From positions 2,720,001 through 2,784,000 of the forward strand of contig CAXXJJ010000001.1 of the NCBI GenBank assembly GCA_963667015.2: a DNA stretch of 64,000 nt. Direction: 5' to 3'. A model generated the notes under the pieces. That model worked only from the letters and a program-made list of their open reading frames with translations, was not told where the DNA came from and did not search any database. The stretch is from Desulfatiglandales bacterium. GTDB taxonomy: Bacteria > Desulfobacterota > DSM-4660 > Desulfatiglandales > HGW-15. Of this stretch, positions 32,465 to 41,701 are shown in pieces; the first letter of the stretch is position 1; each line of letters opens with the position of its first letter. Both the position numbers and the translations under genes were made by a program.

Positions 32465-33349
32465 GTGGAAATCCAGATGTGGTGGATATGGGCCGTCCTG
32501 GCTGCAGTTTTTATAACCGGCGAATATTTCAGGAATGGATCATCCCTGTTATGGCTTGGTTTTGCCTCTGCTGTTTCCTGTATCCTGTCCCTGCTTAACA
32601 CCCCTGCTGCCGGGCAGATAGCGGTTTTTATAAATCTGTCAGGAATACTTATACTGCTTGAAAGAAGGTTCAAGGAACGCTACCGGTTTAAGACACAGGC
32701 TGAGCTGGATAAAGATAAGGCAGAATCCTCTCAAAATGAACCCGGAGAGAGTATATTTCGTAAAAACGGCCCTGTCTGGGAAATATTTTTTTATGGGAAC
32801 GCCTGTACTGTAAAACATTCAATCGGCCTCATTCATATTAAAAATCTGCTTAAAAATCCTAATCAATGGATAACCTGTACTGATCTTAAGAATATTTCTT
32901 CCAGGATACTTGATATGGAAACAGGGCCTTATAACAGTATGTCTATTGAACAGCTCTCGCTTGAGAACCTGAATCCCTTTGAAAATATTTCTCCTGAAGA
33001 TGCAATTGACAAGCTTTCAATTGATAAAATAAAGGAATTGAGGGATATGCTTCGTGAAAAAATAGAGGCAGGTGATTTTGATGACCCTGAAGTCCTGATG
33101 GAAAATAAGAATACTCTGGAGTTTGTTGAGGATTATCTGGATAAAAATACTGATAACAGGGGTAGATCCCGTCGGGTTTCAGGCAGAGCAGAGGCGGATC
33201 GAAAAGCTGTTTCTGCAGCAATAAACAGGTGCCGAAATAATTTAAAAGAACACAACGAACTCTATACACATTTGAAATCATTTATAGAGGCAAAAGGAAA
33301 CTCTTTCCGATACCTTCCTGACCGTCAAATTAACTGGAAAACAGAGTAA
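32465..33349 (+). CDS. NfeD-like N-terminal membrane domain fused to a putative DNA-binding domain
   Basis: N-terminus aligns by eye with NfeD at 34324; C-terminus FRKNG.VW...GL..I..LL.NP...RKAVS.AI.R...HL...Y.P. Probable GTG start at 32465. Confidence 0.6.
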   Translation: MEIQMWWIWAVLAAVFITGEYFRNGSSLLWLGFASAVSCILSLLNTPAAGQIAVFINLSGILILLERRFKERYRFKTQAELDKDKAESSQNEPGESIFRKNGPVWEIFFYGNACTVKHSIGLIHIKNLLKNPNQWITCTDLKNISSRILDMETGPYNSMSIEQLSLENLNPFENISPEDAIDKLSIDKIKELRDMLREKIEAGDFDDPEVLMENKNTLEFVEDYLDKNTDNRGRSRRVSGRAEADRKAVSAAINRCRNNLKEHNELYTHLKSFIEAKGNSFRYLPDRQINWKTE

Positions 33350-33368
33350 AGTAAAAATAAAAATGATC

Positions 33369-33478
33369 TCTCACAGAGCTCACAGAGAACGGAGAGAAAG
33401 GCAAAAACGTTTTAATCTTTTTCAAAACAAAAAGCTTTTCTCTGTGGCCTCCGCAGGCTCTAGCGAAGCGGGCGAGAG
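33369..33478. repeat. Degenerate CACAGAG/CTCTGTG inverted-repeat element
   Basis: tcacagagctcacagagaacggagagaaagg ... cttttctctgtggcctccgc; intergenic. Confidence 0.45.
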
Positions 33479-33721
33479 GAAAAAAGTTTTTATTACAAAT
33501 AACCGCAAAATACATCTCAATATCACATTTTTTCCTGTTTTTTACTCCATGTAGCGACCGCTACACGCTTTGTAGCGCTTTTAATTGTGAGCATAAAAAA
33601 TTGTTTTATTGTTTTGTAGTTGTAAATAGTAAATGAAAATAAGTTCACATTAGCTACAGCTTTTTGGGAAATTGTTTTTCAGATCAATTTTATGATTTGA
33701 GGACATTATTTAATATCAAGG

Positions 33722-34240
33722 ATGAAATTTATGGAAAAAAGGGTATTACATTGGCGAAATTCACTGTATCTAACAGCTCTTCTACCTGTCTTTTTGATTC
33801 CTGGTAAAATAATATTTAAAATAAAAGACATCGCTTACTTTAAACTTCAAGCAGAATTTTTCAAATCTTTTGATGTTTGTTTTTATTTCTTAACAGTCTT
33901 TATCGCTATTATCATTTTCATATACAAATTTAGAAATCCTGAGCTTGAATACAAGAACAGAATTCTGAAATTTTACGGTGAAAAAGATGGGGATAAAGAA
34001 AGGCGAAGCATAAATGTGCTGGAGATTAAATCTGTTATTTTAACAAACCGGTTAACCGGTGAAACAAAGGAAGTAAATGATTTTCCCTATCTTGTAATAA
34101 GAACAAGGGATGGCAATTCGTATGAATATTTACCAATTAAAAAACAGAAACATATGAAAAGGATGGAAGAGGTAATCAGGTTTTTGAATCACTGTCCGGG
34201 AATACCTCCTGTTCAGAAGGATATTGTCATAAAATCTTAG
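33722..34240 (+). CDS. Hypothetical membrane protein (2 TM + soluble domain)
   Basis: 172-codon AT-rich ORF with two hydrophobic stretches. Confidence 0.55.
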   Translation: MKFMEKRVLHWRNSLYLTALLPVFLIPGKIIFKIKDIAYFKLQAEFFKSFDVCFYFLTVFIAIIIFIYKFRNPELEYKNRILKFYGEKDGDKERRSINVLEIKSVILTNRLTGETKEVNDFPYLVIRTRDGNSYEYLPIKKQKHMKRMEEVIRFLNHCPGIPPVQKDIVIKS

Positions 34241-34323
34241 GTTACCAGTTTTAAAGATTTGTTTGGATATAAGATATTTTCTAAGCTAACAGTTAAATAA
34301 CAATCATCTTAAGGAGGTGAACA

Positions 34324-34770
34324 ATGCATATAGAAATGTGGTGGATATGGATGGCCCTCGCTACTATCCTGCTTATTGCTGAGATATTTACCGCCGGTTT
34401 TTTTCTCCTGTGGTTCAGCATAGGGGCTGCCGGAGCAGGAGTGCTTGCAATGCTTGATGTAAATCGCCCGGCCCAGCTAACTGTATTTATCCTGCTGTCA
34501 GGTATCCTTTATGTATTTGGCCGAAGATTTGCCGATCGGGTGACAGCAAACCAGCCGCCCGGTATAGGCGCTGACCGGTTGATCGGCCAGCTGGGTGTTG
34601 TTGTTGAAGGTATAGATAATAATGCCGGCAAAGGACGTATTAAAGTGGGATCAGATGAATGGAGAGCTTTAAGCGAGACAGGCAAAATAATCAAGACAAA
34701 TGATATGGTTGAGGTAATAAAAATTGATGGAACAAAGGCCATTGTAAAATTAATGAAAAAGGGAGAATAA
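34324..34770 (+). CDS. Short NfeD-family protein
   Basis: W...A..L...EIF...FFLLW, then an OB-fold pattern [11 protein letters not shown]; adjacent to SPFH. Confidence 0.88.
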   Translation: MHIEMWWIWMALATILLIAEIFTAGFFLLWFSIGAAGAGVLAMLDVNRPAQLTVFILLSGILYVFGRRFADRVTANQPPGIGADRLIGQLGVVVEGIDNNAGKGRIKVGSDEWRALSETGKIIKTNDMVEVIKIDGTKAIVKLMKKGE

Positions 34771-34771
34771 A

Positions 34772-35686
34772 ATGGAGATATTACTCGTTTTTTTTATGAT
34801 TATTATAATTACTATTGTTGCAACAGGTACAAAGATTGTCCGCCCTTACCAGAAGGGAGTTGTAGAAAGGCTTGGGAAATACCAGAGGACAGCTGACAGC
34901 GGACTCACTATTATTATCCCGATCATAGAAAAAATTCTTAAGGTTGATATGATAGAACAGGTGGTGGATGTCCCTCCGCAGAACGTAATCACTCAGGATA
35001 ACGTTGCTGTTGAGGTAGATGCTGTTGTTTATTATGAGATTACCGATCCGGTTAAGGTTACCTATAATATCACTGATTTCTACCTTGCCGCCACAAAACT
35101 TGCCCAGACAAACCTCAGAAATGTCATCGGTGATATGGCCCTTGATGAGTCACTTACCTCAAGGGAGACCATAAACAGTAAACTGCGCCAGGTGCTCGAT
35201 GATGCCACCGATAAATGGGGTGCCAGGGTTACCAGGGTGGAGCTTCAAAAGATAGAGCCTCCTGAGGATGTTACTGCATCCATGCACAGGCAGATGAAGG
35301 CTGAAAGGGAGAGACGGGCAGCAATTCTTGAAGCTGAAGGTAAAAAGAAGGCAGCTATCCTGGAGGCCGAAGGTTTTAAACAGTCCCAGATACTGAAGGC
35401 CGAAGGAGAGGCCGAGGCCATCAAACGGGTTGCCGACGCGGATAAATATCAGAAGCTTACGGTCGCAATGGGTGAGGCCCAGGCAATTGAAACCGTATTT
35501 GGATCTATTCATAAGGGTAACCCCACAAACGATCTGATTGCAATAAAATACCTCGAGGCGCTCCCAAAGATTGCCGACGGCAAGGCCACAAAGGTGTTCC
35601 TGCCGATGGAAACAGCCGGAATTCTGGGGAGCATTGGCGGGATCGGTGAATTGTTTAAAGAAAAAAAGGGTAATGAGTCTGCATAA
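34772..35686 (+). CDS. SPFH/stomatin-like (QmcA-type) protein
   Basis: [40 protein letters not shown]. Confidence 0.9.
   Translation: MEILLVFFMIIIITIVATGTKIVRPYQKGVVERLGKYQRTADSGLTIIIPIIEKILKVDMIEQVVDVPPQNVITQDNVAVEVDAVVYYEITDPVKVTYNITDFYLAATKLAQTNLRNVIGDMALDESLTSRETINSKLRQVLDDATDKWGARVTRVELQKIEPPEDVTASMHRQMKAERERRAAILEAEGKKKAAILEAEGFKQSQILKAEGEAEAIKRVADADKYQKLTVAMGEAQAIETVFGSIHKGNPTNDLIAIKYLEALPKIADGKATKVFLPMETAGILGSIGGIGELFKEKKGNESA
35418..35663 (+). repeat. Direct repeat copy 1 (3' end of SPFH gene)
   Basis: Colinear with 38010-38255; first 31 nt identical. Confidence 0.9.
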
Positions 35687-35974
35687 TTTTAGATAGGACC
35701 TGTACCATAAAGGATTTTAACCCCGATTATACAGTCGCCATCTACTGCGGCTTGAAAAAATTTGCTATAGCGTTCTTTTAACTCTGGTTTTTCAATCCTT
35801 GTTACGATTTCTACTGCAAAATCCGGGTTTAAGGTACAGGTTCTCGGTAAGGCTGGATGTAAATGCGTGGTTGGATATATGAGTAGGGTGGGAAATCAGC
35901 CGGCGTCGAATAAATTCAATAGGACACAGAGCGTCAAAACAGGCATTACCACAGTGACCAAATCAGGAGAAAAA

Positions 35975-36997
35975 ATGAAGGAAACCACATCAAACAAAAA
36001 GAATCATGTAATCCTGTCCATACTCTCTATACTTGTAGTTATACTGATTACAGCAGTTTTTCTGCAGGGAAGACAGCTTAGCAAATTTATAGACGGGTTG
36101 GATGAAAAGTCACAGACAGAAATAAAAGCAGACGGGAGCTTTTCGGGAAAAAGCGCACCGCAGGATGATGAAGAGACTTATCAAAAGAAAATAACAAAGC
36201 TTGAGACCAGGATCACTGAAATGCAGGGAGTGCAGGATCAGCTGGAAGAAACCCTGAATGAATATGGAGATAAGGAGGCTTCCGCAGCCTCTGAAATGGA
36301 TGCTGTTTCAGAGGCAAGGGCGAAATTTAATACACGTAGAAACCTGTTAAACAAGTTTAAGGATTTTCTTGAACAAAATAATTATCCTCCGGAATTAAAG
36401 GGAAAACTGTTTGATCTGAGTATTGAACGGAATAATACAATTGGTGAACACATGATGAAAGCTCCGGAGGACTGGGAAAATCCCAGGGACTGGTCCAAAA
36501 ATAAAGAATTTAACCGGCAGACTGAAGAAATAAACGCCATATATGATGAAAAAATAGCAGAACTTCTGCCTGAAGGCGGCCTTGCTGCATATAAGGAATA
36601 TGAGGCAAAAAATAAGGAAAGATCCCTGGTGTTTTATTTTCAAAGTACGCTGGGTGATGAGGCACTTGAAAAAGTGAAGGAATGGGAACTGATTGACTTA
36701 TTGTATAAAGACGCCCAACCCTATTCCTCTCACGATGAAGATGAAACGAACATACTTTATGCGCACCCTTATATAATCCCTGAAAAAAGACTGGATGAGG
36801 AAACCATTGACAGGATAGTAAAACTGAATGATGAAAATCTGAGAAAAACATATGATACTTATATTGAATCAGCAAAAGGTATTCTCTCAGAGTCAGAAAT
36901 GGTGAAGTTTGAAGGATTTGTTAATATGTGTAAATCAATGTATTTGGGGGATGACGCAACTTCAGACAACAGTGAGAAGAAAAAGGGTGAGGAATAA
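35975..36997 (+). CDS. Hypothetical single-TM coiled-coil protein (paralog A)
   Basis: AGGAG RBS, ATG 35975; N-terminal TM; similar along its length to the next gene. Confidence 0.7.
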   Translation: MKETTSNKKNHVILSILSILVVILITAVFLQGRQLSKFIDGLDEKSQTEIKADGSFSGKSAPQDDEETYQKKITKLETRITEMQGVQDQLEETLNEYGDKEASAASEMDAVSEARAKFNTRRNLLNKFKDFLEQNNYPPELKGKLFDLSIERNNTIGEHMMKAPEDWENPRDWSKNKEFNRQTEEINAIYDEKIAELLPEGGLAAYKEYEAKNKERSLVFYFQSTLGDEALEKVKEWELIDLLYKDAQPYSSHDEDETNILYAHPYIIPEKRLDEETIDRIVKLNDENLRKTYDTYIESAKGILSESEMVKFEGFVNMCKSMYLGDDATSDNSEKKKGEE

Positions 36998-36998
36998 A

Positions 36999-38006
36999 AT
37001 GAATAAAACCACATCAAACAAAGTGATTCATGTTATTCAGGCCGCACTTTTTATACTTGTAGTTATACTCTCTACAACTCTTTATCTGCAGGAAAGGCAG
37101 CTCAGCAAATTAAAAGGGAGGTTTGATGTTACAAGCCCTGCAGAAAACTCCCAAACAGGAGAAATAGCCGATGAAAGCCTGTTGGGAAAAACCCTGTCAC
37201 GGGACGATGAAGCGAAATATAAAAATAAAATAAAGGTGCTTGAGACCCGGATCAATGACATGCAGGCATGGCAGGATTATCTTAAAGATACCCTGGATGA
37301 ATATGATGAGAGGGCTGATTCAGCAGTCTCGTTCTGGCGTCAAGCAGGCACTGTTTCACAGGCTGATTATTCACTCTATTTTATAAAGGATTTTGCACAA
37401 GAAAATAATTTCACTCCGGAGTTAAAAGAAAAACTGCTTGTTCTGTTTAACGAAATGAATAATGCATTGAAAGACAGTGTCCCTGATTTATTGGATAACA
37501 CAACCGTAATTATAAAAGAAAATATGGCAGAACAGATGCAGGAGTATAAGAAAATTAAAGCCGAATATGATGAAAAAATAGCAAAACTGCTGTCCAGCGA
37601 AGAGCTGGCTTTGTTAAAGGAGTATGAACTGAAAGGTAAAGAAAGGGAATTAATAAATGGACTAAAAACATGGCTGGGCGATGATAAGCTTGAAAAAGAG
37701 AAGGAAGAGAAGCTCATAGCCATTATGTATAATTACAGGCAAAGTGCCCAGGAGGAACAGAGGAAAAAGGCGCAGTCATATAAAATTAACGAAGAAGGGC
37801 CTGATGAGGAGACAATGGCGAGAATGCAGAAGGATAATCTTGAATACAATACAAAATTATATGAAAATTATGCTTCGCTTGCAGAAGGTATTCTCTCTGA
37901 ATCACAAATGCAGGCGTTAAACGGGATTGTTAATCTCCGAAAGTCAGTTTTTGTTATGGAGAGTCAAGGGATGCCTGGGAGTGAGGAAGAGGGGGATGAG
38001 GAATAA
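36999..38006 (+). CDS. Hypothetical single-TM coiled-coil protein (paralog B)
   Basis: Start ATG 36999; shares TTSNK..HVI, KI..LETRI..MQ..QD.L..TL.EY, YDEKIA.LL and GILSES.M with paralog A. Confidence 0.7.
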   Translation: MNKTTSNKVIHVIQAALFILVVILSTTLYLQERQLSKLKGRFDVTSPAENSQTGEIADESLLGKTLSRDDEAKYKNKIKVLETRINDMQAWQDYLKDTLDEYDERADSAVSFWRQAGTVSQADYSLYFIKDFAQENNFTPELKEKLLVLFNEMNNALKDSVPDLLDNTTVIIKENMAEQMQEYKKIKAEYDEKIAKLLSSEELALLKEYELKGKERELINGLKTWLGDDKLEKEKEEKLIAIMYNYRQSAQEEQRKKAQSYKINEEGPDEETMARMQKDNLEYNTKLYENYASLAEGILSESQMQALNGIVNLRKSVFVMESQGMPGSEEEGDEE

Positions 38007-38009
38007 AGT

Positions 38010-38284
38010 CCATCAAACGGGTTGCCGACGCGGATAAATACCAGAAACTTACTGTTGCCCAGGGTGAAGCCCAGGCAATAGAAAATGTGTTTGGTTCTAT
38101 TCACAAGGGGAATCCCACGAATGATCTGATTGCAATAAAATATCTCGAAGCGTTGCCGAAAATTGCTGATGGCAAGGCCACAAAGGTATTCCTGCCGATG
38201 GAAACAGCCGGAATTCTGGGGAGTATCGCCGGAATAGGAGAGTTGTTTAAAGAAAGGAAACATATGGGCACACAGTGTGACTAG
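38010..38284 (+). pseudogene. Orphan 3' fragment of the SPFH gene (direct repeat copy 2)
   Basis: Encodes [16 protein letters not shown]...[13 protein letters not shown] with no 5' part. Confidence 0.85.
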
Positions 38285-38391
38285 CTCATGTGTGAGGTTA
38301 ATGAAATAAACTGAATTATCATGTCATCAGCCAGGAAGTTTCAGGTGCTTTCAGGCGGTTATAGATTAGTGAATTCAAAGAGGCAATAAAA

Positions 38392-38949
38392 ATGAAAAGT
38401 GAATACTCATTAAATGTAAATACCCCTGTTAAAGATGCTGTAAAAAGAGTCATGGAAATGCCTGGTTCACATGGTGCAGAAGGAATTTATTTTTCCGGTC
38501 GAATCAAACAGGTATCAAAAAGAAAACATATTTATTTGCAACAGGCATCGGATTCAGAAATTGCATTTTCCGATACTCATGAATGGCGTTTTTTAGTGTT
38601 ATCTGGATACTGCATCTTTAAATCTGTAAGTAAAAATAAAACTGAAGTTACTGCAAAATTTAGAATTAGAACTATGACGATAAATACGTGGAAAGTCTTA
38701 ATTCCACTTTGTATTTTACTTTTTATTTTCTCCTGTTCAGTCGCTGCATGGTTTGTGTATTGGCCTTTATTAGATTCAGGAATAAAGGGATACTTATCCA
38801 GGGAAGTAATTTTATTATCTTGCCTGCTCGTATTTTTATTAATATGGCCAATTTATGGCAGTCTGTTACTCTGGCTTAATTCAGGCAAGGTTAAAATTTA
38901 TCTTAAAAATTTCTCAGATGCTTTAGGTGTTGGAAATGAGTGGGTTTAA
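38392..38949 (+). CDS. Hypothetical membrane protein (two C-terminal TMs)
   Basis: GAGG RBS; 185 codons, AT-rich. Confidence 0.6.
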   Translation: MKSEYSLNVNTPVKDAVKRVMEMPGSHGAEGIYFSGRIKQVSKRKHIYLQQASDSEIAFSDTHEWRFLVLSGYCIFKSVSKNKTEVTAKFRIRTMTINTWKVLIPLCILLFIFSCSVAAWFVYWPLLDSGIKGYLSREVILLSCLLVFLLIWPIYGSLLLWLNSGKVKIYLKNFSDALGVGNEWV

Positions 38950-39013
38950 TGTCTCATTTGGATATTGGTCAAAGTCTTTTTAAAAAATAATTCCACAAGG
39001 AGAGTTACATAAT

Positions 39014-39204
39014 ATGATAGCAGATTTTTTAGCAGAAATATTTATAGGTTAATATATGGTTCAGGAGCTTTAATATACTGGCTATTGAAAGGCTGTAAAA
39101 CAAAATTTAAAGATGAAATAGAAAATTATAAATTGCGGAATACTATTACGAGCATAGTAATAGTTGCTTTAATTGTGGGCATTTTCATAAAAATACAAAA
39201 TTAG
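39014..39204 (+). pseudogene. Small two-TM protein with a single frameshift
   Basis: AGGAG RBS, MIADFLAEIFIG then stop; adjacent frame continues LIYGSGALIYWLLKGCKTKF...IVIVALIVGIFIKIQN. Confidence 0.45.
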
Positions 39205-39331
39205 TATTATTCCCATCCATTTCTGAATTGGAAGAAGATTAGTACCATTTTTCTGTTTTCTTTTGACACCATACAATAAAATACCTATATTCTCTTTCCC
39301 GTAAAGAATCTCTTATAAATCCTGTAATAAA

Positions 39332-40330
39332 ATGACAAAAAACAACAGACAAAAATACCTTCGAGAAGAATATATCTCCCGTATAAACCGGGTAATTGAT
39401 TATATTGAAAATAATTATAGCAAAGCCCTGTCTCTTGATGCGTTAGCAGATGTTGCAGGGTTTTCAAGGTTTCACTTCCATCGAATATTCAGTGCAATGG
39501 TTGGTGAAGCCCTTAATCAGTTTATTATCAGGATTCGTGTAGAAAAAGCGGCTGCCATGCTTACAAATAACCCCAAAAAGAGCGTTACAGAAATTGCCTT
39601 TGACTGCGGGTTTTCCGGATCTGCTCCTTTTGCCAGGTCATTCAAGTCTTTATTTAACATGAGTGCTACGGAATGGCGGGATGGGGGCTGGCAGAAAAGC
39701 AAGAATTGTAAAACGGATAGCAATGGTTGTAAAACGGTTGGCAAGATCGGGCAATCTTTTGATGTATCTTCATATTATGCTGGGGACGTAAACAATAACC
39801 AGCAAATATGGAGGATAAAAATGAAAGAAGACGTAAATAAGATTGATGCGGAAATTACAGTTGAAGAGATAGATGATTTACATGTGGCCTATATCAGGTA
39901 TATTGGCCCCTATAAAGGTGACAGTAAGCTCTTTGAGGGTTTATTTGAGAAGTTATTTACCTGGGCAGGGCCGAGAGGATTGTTGAGCGGACCTGACTTG
40001 AAAGTTATGAGCGTTTATCATGATGATCCTGAAATAACAGAGGATACAAAACTCAGGACAAGTGTGTGCATCTCTGTGCCTGAGAACACTGCTGTTGATG
40101 GTGAAATAGGTAAGATGACCATACCCGGAAGTAAATATGCCAGGGGCAGGTTTGAAATCAAAGCCGATGATTTTCAGGCGGCCTGGGATACCATGTGCGG
40201 TGGATGGTTTCCCGAGAGCGGCTTTCAGCCAGGTGATGGATTATGTTTTGAGTCCTACCTGAACAGTCCTAAAGATCATCCCGAAGGAAAGCATATTGTT
40301 GATATTTATATTCCTGTAAAACCTTTATAA
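39332..40330 (+). CDS. AraC-family regulator with GyrI-like effector domain
   Basis: LA.VAGFSRFHFHRIF, IAFDCGFS..FARSFK, then VAYIRYIGPY and VYHDDPEIT. Confidence 0.9.
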   Translation: MTKNNRQKYLREEYISRINRVIDYIENNYSKALSLDALADVAGFSRFHFHRIFSAMVGEALNQFIIRIRVEKAAAMLTNNPKKSVTEIAFDCGFSGSAPFARSFKSLFNMSATEWRDGGWQKSKNCKTDSNGCKTVGKIGQSFDVSSYYAGDVNNNQQIWRIKMKEDVNKIDAEITVEEIDDLHVAYIRYIGPYKGDSKLFEGLFEKLFTWAGPRGLLSGPDLKVMSVYHDDPEITEDTKLRTSVCISVPENTAVDGEIGKMTIPGSKYARGRFEIKADDFQAAWDTMCGGWFPESGFQPGDGLCFESYLNSPKDHPEGKHIVDIYIPVKPL

Positions 40331-40349
40331 TCTCAACTCTGTTTGCAGT

Positions 40350-40380
40350 GATTCCCCGATCAAGGTTGGACCGGGGAATC
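40350..40380 (+). terminator. Hairpin after the araC-family gene
   Basis: GATTCCCCG...CGGGGAATC followed by a T-rich tract. Confidence 0.55.
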
Positions 40381-40489
40381 AGGATTTTTATTTTTGCCTG
40401 CAACCTGAACCGCATTTCTGGTGGCTCTGGTGATGCCATCTTCCTGTTTTCTCCTGCATTTTCAATTTTATTGATGGATGGATTTTCCA

Positions 40490-40518
40490 TTGACACTCTA
40501 TTGTGAACTACATATACT
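40490..40518 (+). promoter_or_regulatory. Sigma-70 promoter of the GH43 gene
   Basis: TTGACA-17 nt-TATACT. Confidence 0.65.
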
Positions 40519-40609
40519 CCATGCCTCAAAGGCGAATCTTTATTATTAAACTCAACCATTCTGAATTAAGCAACCCCTTAGCTGGACTATTCTACAGGAG
40601 CATACACCT

Positions 40610-41647
40610 ATGGCAAATCAATCGGATAATACAATTAATACATTTGAAGCACTGGTAAGCAATGCAGTTGCTGAACCACTGGTGAAACATATCTATACCG
40701 CAGATCCGGCAGCCCATGTGTTTAACGGCAGGATTTACATCTATCCTTCACACGATATTGATGCTGGGATCCCTGAAAATGATAATGGTGATCATTTCGA
40801 TATGCGAGATTACCATGTGCTTTCCATGGACAGTATCAACGGTGAAGTTACTGATCACGGGGTAGCACTGGCTGTTAAGGATATTCCATGGGCAGGGCGT
40901 CAGCTCTGGGATTCGGATGCCGCCCACAAGAACGGTAAGTATTACCTGTATTTTCCTTTAAAGGATAAGAATGATGTCTTCCGCATAGGCGTAGCCGTAA
41001 GCGATAAACCGGAAGGTCCATTTATTCCGGAGGATGAGCCCATAGAGGGCAGTTTCAGTATTGATCCCTGTGTATTCGAAGATACGGACGGTCAGCATTA
41101 CATGTATTTCGGCGGCATATGGGGCGGGCAGCTGCAGCGCTGGTATAAGGGTGAATATGATCCTGCCGGACCGTTTCCCTCAGCCGATGAACCTGCAATA
41201 CCGCCCTTTGTCGCAAAACTGAGCGATAATATGCTGGAATTTGCCGAAACACCGCGGGCTGTTCAGATAATTGATAAGGCCGGAAACCCTTTGCTTTCCA
41301 GCGACGAAGACCGGCGGTTCTTTGAGGCATCATGGATGCATAAGTACAACGGGAAATACTATTACTCATATTCAACAGGCAATACACACTACCTATGCTA
41401 TGCCACAGGTGAAAATCCCTATGGTCCATTTACCTATGAAGGGAGGATACTTACCCCGGTGATCGGCTGGACTACACATCATTCGATCGTAGAATTCAAA
41501 GGGAAATGGTATCTTTTTCATCATGATTGCACTGTATCGGGAGGAAAAACGCATTTACGCTCTATCAAGGTAAGTGAGTTGAACTATAATGAAGATGGTA
41601 CAATCCAGGTAATTCATCCATATGGCGAATTATCGCCAACCTGGTAA
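40610..41647 (+). CDS. Glycoside hydrolase family 43 beta-xylosidase/arabinofuranosidase
   Basis: YTADPAAHVF...YIYPSHD, SIDP, FFEASW, GWTTHHSI; no signal peptide. Confidence 0.88.
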   Translation: MANQSDNTINTFEALVSNAVAEPLVKHIYTADPAAHVFNGRIYIYPSHDIDAGIPENDNGDHFDMRDYHVLSMDSINGEVTDHGVALAVKDIPWAGRQLWDSDAAHKNGKYYLYFPLKDKNDVFRIGVAVSDKPEGPFIPEDEPIEGSFSIDPCVFEDTDGQHYMYFGGIWGGQLQRWYKGEYDPAGPFPSADEPAIPPFVAKLSDNMLEFAETPRAVQIIDKAGNPLLSSDEDRRFFEASWMHKYNGKYYYSYSTGNTHYLCYATGENPYGPFTYEGRILTPVIGWTTHHSIVEFKGKWYLFHHDCTVSGGKTHLRSIKVSELNYNEDGTIQVIHPYGELSPTW

Positions 41648-41701
41648 TTATCTGGTGGGTTTCCGGTTAATGTAAAAGATTTTATAATTTAAGGAGAAAT
41701 A

